A DNA stretch of 64,000 nt from an uncultured delta proteobacterium (GTDB lineage: Bacteria; Myxococcota; Myxococcia; Myxococcales; Myxococcaceae). Below the pieces are notes generated by a model. That model did no database searches. It saw only the letters and a list, made by a program, of their open reading frames with translations, and was not told the DNA's origin. The stretch lies in NCBI GenBank assembly GCA_963713045.1, contig CAVQKE010000007.1, forward strand, positions 128,001 through 192,000, in the 5' to 3' direction. Below are positions 53,701-60,899 of the stretch, one piece after another; position 1 is the stretch's first letter; the number at the start of each line of letters is the position of its first letter. Made by a program: the position numbers and the translations under genes.

Positions 53701-56468
53701 GTCACGCCCTTTCGGCGACGGGCGAGATAGAAGACGCCCGGTTGGGTGTTGAGCTCATCGAGCAGCCGGTAAGCGCGCCCGTCCGCAGCCAAGCGGGCGA
53801 CGGCTGAGCCCGGGTCCTTCAAGTCGCCGAAAACGATGGCCCGGGTGGGGCAGGATGCCGCGCAGGCAGAGACGATGTCGCCGTCGCGTAGCGCCCGCTT
53901 GTCGAACTTCGCCTGCTCCTCGCCCGAGCGGATTCGCTGGATGCAGAAGGTGCATTTCTCGGTGACCCCGCGCTCGCGCACCGTCACGTCGGGGTTGAGG
54001 CCCAGCCGCTCCGACGGGGCGCGCGGCCAGTCGTAAAAGTTGAAGCGTCGAACGCCATACGGGCAGTTGTTCTCGCAGTACCGCGTGCCGATGCAGCGCG
54101 CGTAGACTTGGGCGTTGATGCCTTCTTTGGTGTGGTAGGTCGCGTACGTCGGGCAGACCGACTCGCAGGGCGCGGCGGTGCACTGCTGGCACATGAGCGG
54201 CAGGAAGGAGACTTCTGGCCTCCCGTGGCTCCTGTCGACGTCGGCCCTGACGGGAATCCACGACATCGAGCGACCGAGGCTCACCTGCTCCGGGCCGACG
54301 ACGGCGAGGTTATTCTCGACGTAACACGCAGCCGTGCAGGCTCCGCAGCCGTTGCAGCGGTCAAGGTCGATGGCCATGGCCCATCGCCGCACGGGGTGCT
54401 CGACGGGCGGATACATCGACGGTAGTGGAAGGGCTGGGGGAAGCGCCGTCGCTGGCTCCTCCACGGTCCGAACGAGTCGCTTGGCGTTCTTGGCGCCCCC
54501 AGTCGCAGCGTGTGGGCGCTCAATCCTCCTCCCCGTCGGCTGAACCGTCACCCGGGTGCCAGACCCAATCAAGCTGGTGGCTGCGAGGAGCACGGTGGCG
54601 TCGCCCACTGGAACTGCGGCGGCCCCGGCGAGGATTGAATCCGTGACGAATGCCGGCAGCTCAACGCGACCGCCCGGCCCCTCGAGTCTCACCACGTCGC
54701 CAGTCTTCACTCCAAACGAAGAGGCGGTGGTCGGGTGCAGCTCGACCCAGCCGGTCCACGCGAATCCGGACAGCGGGTCCGGTATCTCCTGGAGCAGCGC
54801 GCTCCGGGACACCCGGCCGTCGAGTTGGCGAAAGCTCGGTACGACGATAAGGGGCAGTCCCTGCGGCGCTCCGCGAGGCTCGGCGGCCGGGGGGAGAGTG
54901 GCCAGTGCTTGCGGCGACAGCTCCGGCTCCACGGAAGCCACGTCCTCGAGGCGGAGCCCCCGTTCGATTTCCTTCGGCTGGAATGTCTGCCGTACAAGTT
55001 CCCCGAAGGAGCCATCGGGTAGCCCCGCGGTGCGGCCCAGCAGGCGTGCGACAGCGAGCAGCTCGTCGGCGGCCGGCCTCGTCCCGAGCACGGCCTCCAT
55101 CACCGGCTGCTGGATACCGACGACCCCAGGGCGCGCCTTGACGTCCGACCAGCTCTCCAGAAAATAGTTGTCAGCGAGGACGAGGTGCGCCTTACGCGCC
55201 GTCTCATCAAGCTGGTTGACGAATGCTGCGACGAACGGGATCCCCGCAAGTGCTCGGCCAAAGCCTGCGTAGACCGAGCCGTAGCCGAGCGGATCGGCGT
55301 GGTGGAGCACGAGCGCGCCAACCTCGCCGGCCAGCGCCCTCTGAGTAAGGTCGGTCAGGTCCATCGACGGCCGCGCAGGGGGAGCGGCCACGAAGGGCAG
55401 ACCGTTGCCAACGCTCCCGAGGAGCGCATTGAGCACCTGGACGGCCTCGGCGACCGTCGCTGCGTCGCCACCAGCGACGGCACGGCCCGGCCCGAGGCAC
55501 AGAGTTGGCCGGCCGTGGATGAGCTCCGTGGCCAAACCCTCCAGCGCTTTCGGACTGGACCCAGTTCTCTTCGAAACCGACGCGACCTCATACGGCGCGA
55601 GGCGGAGCTGAAGGGCTTCCATCGCCGCGGGCGTAAGCCCCGACTGGGCGCCGAGCCGATCGAGCGTCTGGCGGAGGAGCCCCAGTACGAAGACGCCCTC
55701 GGTCCCGGGCTCCACACCAATCCACCGGTCTGCCGCGGCCGCGGTGAGGGAGAGCCGCGGACCGACGTAAACCAGCCGGCCTCCGGCGGCCCGCTGGTCG
55801 GCGAGCGCCCGCGCGTATTCGACAGGCGAGCCCTCCTCCACAAAGTCGTCCCCGACAGAGAGAATCAACCTCGCCGCCGCAAGATTGGGCAAGGCCGTGA
55901 CTCCCGCGCCGAAGGCGCGCGTCTGACCCTCGCGGAGCCATGGCCGGTCCATCGCATCGAAAGTGACGACTTGCGACGGCGCCTGCCCGAGCGCCTCGAG
56001 CCAGGTGCGGAAGAGCCCGCCGAGGATGCCTTGCTCTGGCCGGGTGACCACGACCACCAGCTGCTTTGCATCCAGCGCGTGCTGTAGCCCGGCAACGAAG
56101 AGCTTTTCAGCTTCCTCCCAGGCCACGTCCCGGTCGCCCGCGCGCGGAGCACCAAGGCGCGTCGGCGAGTAGAGCCCCTCGATGGCCGCTTGCCCGCGCG
56201 GACAAAGCGCTCCGCGGCCAATGGGGTCCTCGGGATTCCCTTCGAGCTTCACAGCGTGCCCCTCGCGCACGCGCGCTGTGGCGCCGCAGCCGGCCGGGCA
56301 CTCTCGGCACACCGTTCGATAGTGACGCGCCAGGCCCGGGACCGCGTCGTCGGGCGGTGTGGAATACGGGACCAGGTACCGGGGGAGTCTCTCCTTGCAT
56401 CCTGTCAGGACGCCTGTCCCCAGTGTCCCGACCGCTGCTCCAAGGAAGCCTCGTCGTGTCACCCGCAT
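53697..56468 (-). CDS. actB: Alternative complex III ActB (molybdopterin-oxidoreductase-like domain fused to Fe-S domain)
   Basis: Tat motif TRRGFL; KLEGNP; CNGCGACTAAC, CQQCTAAPCESVCP, CIGTRYCENNCPY, EKCTFC. Confidence 0.9.
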   Translation of the reverse strand: MRVTRRGFLGAAVGTLGTGVLTGCKERLPRYLVPYSTPPDDAVPGLARHYRTVCRECPAGCGATARVREGHAVKLEGNPEDPIGRGALCPRGQAAIEGLYSPTRLGAPRAGDRDVAWEEAEKLFVAGLQHALDAKQLVVVVTRPEQGILGGLFRTWLEALGQAPSQVVTFDAMDRPWLREGQTRAFGAGVTALPNLAAARLILSVGDDFVEEGSPVEYARALADQRAAGGRLVYVGPRLSLTAAAADRWIGVEPGTEGVFVLGLLRQTLDRLGAQSGLTPAAMEALQLRLAPYEVASVSKRTGSSPKALEGLATELIHGRPTLCLGPGRAVAGGDAATVAEAVQVLNALLGSVGNGLPFVAAPPARPSMDLTDLTQRALAGEVGALVLHHADPLGYGSVYAGFGRALAGIPFVAAFVNQLDETARKAHLVLADNYFLESWSDVKARPGVVGIQQPVMEAVLGTRPAADELLAVARLLGRTAGLPDGSFGELVRQTFQPKEIERGLRLEDVASVEPELSPQALATLPPAAEPRGAPQGLPLIVVPSFRQLDGRVSRSALLQEIPDPLSGFAWTGWVELHPTTASSFGVKTGDVVRLEGPGGRVELPAFVTDSILAGAAAVPVGDATVLLAATSLIGSGTRVTVQPTGRRIERPHAATGGAKNAKRLVRTVEEPATALPPALPLPSMYPPVEHPVRRWAMAIDLDRCNGCGACTAACYVENNLAVVGPEQVSLGRSMSWIPVRADVDRSHGRPEVSFLPLMCQQCTAAPCESVCPTYATYHTKEGINAQVYARCIGTRYCENNCPYGVRRFNFYDWPRAPSERLGLNPDVTVRERGVTEKCTFCIQRIRSGEEQAKFDKRALRDGDIVSACAASCPTRAIVFGDLKDPGSAVARLAADGRAYRLLDELNTQPGVFYLARRRKGVT

Positions 56469-56479
56469 GCGTTTCCCCG

Positions 56480-57028
56480 TCACTTGTGGCACGTCATGCA
56501 GTCGCGACTCGCGTTGCGCGACTCGTGGCAGGTGAGGCATCGACCCATGGTGAATGGCTCGTTTTGCCGGACTGTTTTGGCCGCTGCCACGTCGCCGTGG
56601 CACTCCTTGCACTCAACCTTGGCGCCCACGTGCGCCCGGTGAGAGAAATAGACGAAGTCCGGCACTGTGAAGACGCGCGCCCAGACGAGAGGCTGGCCGT
56701 CCTCGAACCGTTGCGCCAGGACCTGGACCGCGGGCTTGTCCTTACCGACGAACTTGTGGCAGCCCATGCACTTTCGGCCCGAAGGCAAACCAGCGACCGG
56801 CGACTTGTCGGCGTAGACGTGGCAATCGAGGCACGGAATTTTGTACTGACCGGCGTGAATCTGATGGTCGAACGGAACCTCACCTACGGGGTTCGGCCGG
56901 GCGGAAAGCTCATCGGCCTTCTTGGAGACGGAGGGAGACTGTGGGCGCGCCTCGAAAGCGCCGAGGGTGATGGCCACGGCTGAGGCGGCGGTAGCCACGA
57001 CAAGGAATCGCCGCCTTCGTCGACGCAT
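56480..57028 (-). CDS. actA: Alternative complex III pentaheme cytochrome c ActA
   Basis: Five CxxCH (CLDCH, CMGCH, CKECH, CLTCH, CMTCH); PDFVYFSHRAH; N-terminal anchor. Confidence 0.88.
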   Translation of the reverse strand: MRRRRRRFLVVATAASAVAITLGAFEARPQSPSVSKKADELSARPNPVGEVPFDHQIHAGQYKIPCLDCHVYADKSPVAGLPSGRKCMGCHKFVGKDKPAVQVLAQRFEDGQPLVWARVFTVPDFVYFSHRAHVGAKVECKECHGDVAAAKTVRQNEPFTMGRCLTCHESRNASRDCMTCHK

Positions 57029-57039
57029 GCTTTTGCCGC

Positions 57040-57654
57040 TCAGCGCTTGACCGCCAGGCTTTCAGTGACGGTCTGCCCGGCCGCGACGGTTACCGTCTTC
57101 TCGGTCGCTTTGAGCTTGTCTGCGTTCCAGACCTCAAGCTGCCAAGTGCCTGGGGGGACGTCCTTGATGGTGAAGTTGCCCTTGGCGTCCACGACCGAAG
57201 CGTAGGGATTCTGGCCGACGAAGATGTATGCCAGCATCTCCGGGTGGACGCTGCAGAGCTGCGAGTAAACCCCGGTCTTCTTGAATGTGTAGCTCGCGTT
57301 CTGACCCTGCTTGAAATTGCCCAAATTGTAGCCCTCGCCATCTGGCGAGTAGACGTTGTGGTCGACCTTGTCGTGATTGAGGAATGTCACCGTGTCACCC
57401 TGGGTAACCACCAGCACGTGCGGGACGAACTTCATCCCCTGCTGGTCCATGACGCGCTTCTGCGAGGGGTAGGTCCCAGGCAGAGCCTTTAGGTACACCA
57501 CTGTGTCTTCCAGGTATTTGGCTGGCGTGGCCTCGACCTTACCGGTGATGGTCCCGCCGCCTTCGGCTTTCGCGACGCCAGCAATCCCGACGGCAGCTAG
57601 CAGCAAGGCGGCAGATAGGCGTGTGCGCAAGACGCGTCTCCTGGTCGAATTCAT
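57040..57654 (-). CDS. Periplasmic type-1 copper (cupredoxin) protein with carboxypeptidase-regulatory-like domain
   Basis: Signal peptide; HNVYS and CSVHPEM give His/Cys/His/Met ligands; GNFTIKDVPPGTWQL. Confidence 0.85.
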   Translation of the reverse strand: MNSTRRRVLRTRLSAALLLAAVGIAGVAKAEGGGTITGKVEATPAKYLEDTVVYLKALPGTYPSQKRVMDQQGMKFVPHVLVVTQGDTVTFLNHDKVDHNVYSPDGEGYNLGNFKQGQNASYTFKKTGVYSQLCSVHPEMLAYIFVGQNPYASVVDAKGNFTIKDVPPGTWQLEVWNADKLKATEKTVTVAAGQTVTESLAVKR

Positions 57655-57676
57655 CACCGGCTATCCGGGTCACCTG

Positions 57677-57693
57677 TGCAATGCCGAGGCCAA
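57677..57693 (-). promoter_or_regulatory. Sigma54 -24/-12 promoter for the cupredoxin-act operon
   Basis: TTGGCCTCGGCATTGCA, ~25 bp upstream of the start. Confidence 0.65.
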
Positions 57694-57780
57694 GCGGTTT
57701 CGAATCCCGGCCGTCCGACACCAGGGCCCGCTAGCAGGCCGGGAGGACTTTCCTTTCACACCACGCAGCTCTGCGCCGGC

Positions 57781-57876
57781 GCGAAAATTTTGCGTGCGGC
57801 GCGTCCAAGACCGCAGAGAGTGCAGGCAAAGGGGCCTCCTCTGAGCAAACAGGAAGCGGGCGAGCGAAATTTTCGC
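57781..57876. promoter_or_regulatory. Two near-palindromic putative enhancer sites
   Basis: GCGAAAATTTTGCG (57781) and GCGAAATTTTCGC (57864), 90-180 bp upstream of the sigma54 box. Confidence 0.45.
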
Positions 57877-57882
57877 TGCGGC

Positions 57883-58224
57883 CGGCTGTGTGGCTTGCAG
57901 CGTTGCCGTCCCAACTTGGAATACGTCTCCGACCAAGACGCCGCGCTCGTCGAACTCGTCCAACGGCAAGTTCTCGCCGAACGCCGCCGGCTTGAGCGAA
58001 CGCCCTTCGCTTTTTCCCAAGTTGCGCAAATATCGAGCCCGTAGGCATAGGCCGCTTTGTCGACGCCGTGCACCATCAGGTCGGCTTGCGCATCGCCTTC
58101 CGGGTTCAGGCTCCCGAGATGAAGAGGGCCCTCGGCCCGCGCCTTCCATATGCTCGTGGTCACTGAGCGCTGCTCGTCCCATCACTGGGCGTGGCTGCCC
58201 CACGTACGTCGAGACAATTCGCAT
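57883..58224 (-). pseudogene. Truncated, frameshifted second MOSC gene
   Basis: MRIVSTYVGQPR..., EGDAQADLMVHG, AAFGENL..., GDVFQVGTATLQATQP spread over several frames; paralog of 47446..48072. Confidence 0.85.
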
Positions 58225-58424
58225 CACGCCAGTCCACGCCGCGAGAGCCCTGCCGGGCGGGGTAGCTTGCAGTTGCGAGAGGCCACTGCGACCAAGCGCA
58301 CCTCATCTCGGAGTTCCGGCACTTGGCACGGATGACATCGCGAGACTTCACAAACCAGCGGCGACCCGGAGCGCGCACTTACCGCGGCTCATGGGGCACC
58401 GCGAGGCGGCTCTCCCCGGAAGCC

Positions 58425-58582
58425 TGGACAAACCCCCGTGTGCTAGCCCGTGGCCAATTCCGAACGTTTTGATCTATACCTCGTCACGTTGGAGCATCCT
58501 CAATCGCTATAGTTGCACCACGAGCTTGAAGGTCGTTTTTCTCTACGTTCCGGCCGAGTGGAGAGCAAAGGACTAGGGGTGA
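58425..58582 (+). repeat. Copy B of the diverged repeat upstream of tRNA-Gly
   Basis: Aligns with 46205-46366. Confidence 0.85.
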
Positions 58583-58614
58583 GCAGTGCCCTTCTCGAAT
58601 GGGAGGGGCAGTTA

Positions 58615-58687
58615 GCGGTGGTAGCTCAGTTGGTAGAGCACGAGCTTCCCAAGCTCGGGGTCGCGGGTTCGAATCCCGTCCGCCGCT
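58615..58687 (+). tRNA. tRNA-Gly (anticodon CCC); CCA not encoded
   Basis: Full cloverleaf: GCGGTGG/CCGCCGC acceptor stem, D arm GCTC/GAGC, CGAGC-TTCCCAA-GCTCG, TTCGAAT T loop. Confidence 0.97.
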
Positions 58688-58693
58688 CTCGTT

Positions 58694-58725
58694 TCTCCTC
58701 TGGGAAGGCCTTCCGGAGGAGATTT
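58694..58725 (+). terminator. Hairpin downstream of tRNA-Gly
   Basis: TCTCCTCTGGGA...TTCCGGAGGAGA followed by TTT. Confidence 0.6.
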
Positions 58726-58768
58726 CGCGGGATAAGACCCCGTGTGTACGTTCAAGAGGCCGGGCCGG

Positions 58769-58816
58769 GCTTCCCAAGCTCGGGGTCGCGGGTTCGAATC
58801 CCGTTCGCCGCTCTCT
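58769..58816 (+). pseudogene. 3' half of tRNA-Gly(CCC); att-like fragment
   Basis: GCTTCCCAAGCTCGGGGTCGCGGGTTCGAATCCCGTTCGCCGCTCTC, one mismatch to the tRNA 3' half. Confidence 0.92.
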
Positions 58817-58947
58817 CGAAGCGAATGGAATCACTGAGGTTTCCGAGTCGCGTTTGCAACTCGGTCCGCACCCGCTGCTCCGTGTGTCTCTCGGGTGCTT
58901 TTTGAAACCTCCCCAAGAAAGGAGCGCCGCCAAGTCTCCACCAACCT

Positions 58948-59994
58948 TCAGAAGGCGGCTATGCGCTGGATGACCAAGAACATCGCCACGGCGCCGATGG
59001 CATAGGGCGGCAGAAGCTGGATGAAGGGTGAGCGTTCTTGGTTGATGGGGGTGAGTAGAGAAGCGGCCCGGCGCAAGAGCGCGATTACCGACATGACGAC
59101 GCCGATGAAGAGGAATTGTCCCGCTTCAACCCCGATGCTGAAGAACAACAGCGCGGTGGGAATATGCCCAGCCGGCAAACCCGCCTCGCTGAGCCCACCG
59201 GCGAAGCCTAAACCGTGCATCAGTCCAAAGGTGAGGGCGACGATCCACGGCGCACGGGCGGTTATGCCCGCGCGGCCTTGTCGCTCGCGCAGAATCTCCA
59301 CCGCGACAAAGACGATGCTCAACGCGATGGCGGCTTCGACCGGACGTTGCGGGATGTGGACGTAACCGAGCGTCGCTAGGGTGAGCGTGATGCTGTGCGA
59401 GACCGTGAAGGCCGTGACCGTCTTGACCAGCTTCCACCCTCCCCGCGTGATGATGATCAATGCGAGCACGAACAGGAGATGGTCGATGCCCGTCAGGATG
59501 TGCTCGACACCGAGCTTGAGGTACACGCTCGCCACGGACCATCCGCTCTGCCGCATCGGGATGTTGGCCGATGGCCCTTGTCCCGTCAGCCTTTGCACCC
59601 ACGTCGTGCCGTCAGCAAATTCGATACGGACGAGCACGTCCGTCATCGAACCTTCCAGCCCACGAATGCGGAGCGTCTGTCCGCGCAGCGTCGGCGCAAG
59701 CAGCATCCACTGCTGAATGGCCGCGCCCGGTAGGGTGCGTACTGTCACCGGCGGCAACGCTGTGCTCTCGCCAGAGAACTCTGGTTCGAGTGCCAGGCGC
59801 GCGTCGCCCCGCATGGGTGTTTTCCAGAGCACGCTGAATTTGCCTGGCTCCTCTTCCCGCAGTTCCAGGTAAGCCGGCCGGATTTCATGAGCGGAGGCCA
59901 AGCTGGAAATAAAGAGGATAGCCAGTGCCCCCAACGTTTGTGGCAGCCCATGTGCGGACGCCGATAGACGAAGCCTGGCGAGTGCCGGTTTCAT
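58948..59994 (-). CDS. HupE/UreJ family membrane protein
   Basis: AHEIRPAYL; GVEHILTGIDHLLF; AFTVSHSITL; FGLMHGLGFAG. Confidence 0.92.
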   Translation of the reverse strand: MKPALARLRLSASAHGLPQTLGALAILFISSLASAHEIRPAYLELREEEPGKFSVLWKTPMRGDARLALEPEFSGESTALPPVTVRTLPGAAIQQWMLLAPTLRGQTLRIRGLEGSMTDVLVRIEFADGTTWVQRLTGQGPSANIPMRQSGWSVASVYLKLGVEHILTGIDHLLFVLALIIITRGGWKLVKTVTAFTVSHSITLTLATLGYVHIPQRPVEAAIALSIVFVAVEILRERQGRAGITARAPWIVALTFGLMHGLGFAGGLSEAGLPAGHIPTALLFFSIGVEAGQFLFIGVVMSVIALLRRAASLLTPINQERSPFIQLLPPYAIGAVAMFLVIQRIAAF

Positions 59995-60899
59995 TTTGGT
60001 ACGACTGCTACCGTTGCGTTCGCCTGCGCGGCGAAGCCGTCCAGCGAACCGACAAGCGGCTTGACGTTCTCGTCCACGACCACGTCATATTTCTTTAAGA
60101 GGCTCGTGTAATACCGTTCGTTCGCCTCGCGCTGATGTTCCTCCCGCCAGGCCTCTCGCACTTGGGCTTCCACCTCGGAAAACTCAAGCTGCCGCACCGG
60201 CTTGGCGTTTGTCACGCGCACCAAATGCATGCCGAAACTGGATGCGATGGGGCCATGCCACGCGCCCTTCTCCAAAGCAAAAACTGCATTAGCGAACGTG
60301 TCTCCGAACTGACCGGCGACGGCACGCATATCCTCGTCTCGTACCTCGCCGTCAACTGGGCAGGGGTCGCCTAAGCCCCCGCTGGCCGCCGCATGCCGCG
60401 CGAGAATGGCGAGCCCGGCCTTAGCATCGGCCGCGGTGTCCCGGCGTGTTTCGGGATTGAAGAAGACATGAGTGAACGAGACGCGCGCCCGAGTTTTGAA
60501 AGTGTCGACGTTTGCCTCGTAAAAGCGACGCAGGTCGTCCTCGGTTGGCGGATTGAGCCGCGATGTGTCATCGACGATAAATTGGACCTTCTGAGCAAGA
60601 CGCCGACGGATGATGAGGTCGTTCTGATCGAGGCCCATGGCTCGCGCCTCGCGGCCGAGCAGTTCCTCTTTCAAGTACCCCGCGACCAACGCGTGCAATT
60701 CCTCGCGTGTCGGCTCGCGCTGTTGCTGACGCTCCCATGTCTCCGTGAGGAATGCGATTTCCTTGGCGGTGACATGCACCGGGCCGGTGCCACTATCCCC
60801 GTTGCTGGACTCGCCGCGATGGAGCCAGGCATACACGCCGAATAGCAACGCGCCGAGACCAAGAAAGTGAACCAGTGGCTCGTGGACCCATCGCTTCAA
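59991..60899 (-). CDS. PpiC-type peptidyl-prolyl isomerase-like protein
   Basis: EPLVHFL; IRRRLAQK; WHGPIASSFGMHLV. Confidence 0.85.
   Translation of the reverse strand: MKRWVHEPLVHFLGLGALLFGVYAWLHRGESSNGDSGTGPVHVTAKEIAFLTETWERQQQREPTREELHALVAGYLKEELLGREARAMGLDQNDLIIRRRLAQKVQFIVDDTSRLNPPTEDDLRRFYEANVDTFKTRARVSFTHVFFNPETRRDTAADAKAGLAILARHAAASGGLGDPCPVDGEVRDEDMRAVAGQFGDTFANAVFALEKGAWHGPIASSFGMHLVRVTNAKPVRQLEFSEVEAQVREAWREEHQREANERYYTSLLKKYDVVVDENVKPLVGSLDGFAAQANATVAVVPK

Larger units (their letters stand above)
46428..58654. mobile_element. Putative genomic island between tRNA-Gly anticodon cores; no integrase seen
   Basis: Direct repeat of the tRNA 5' half at both ends; accessory cargo and pseudogenes; contains GATC sites, which were not seen in the core. 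Confidence 0.6.

Noticed and set aside
53697..56468. Catalytic molybdoenzyme (nitrate, formate or polysulfide reductase)
   Set aside because: Fusion to an Fe-S domain with CIGTRYC and the actA/C/D/E/F context indicate ACIII; no chaperone or Moco genes adjacent
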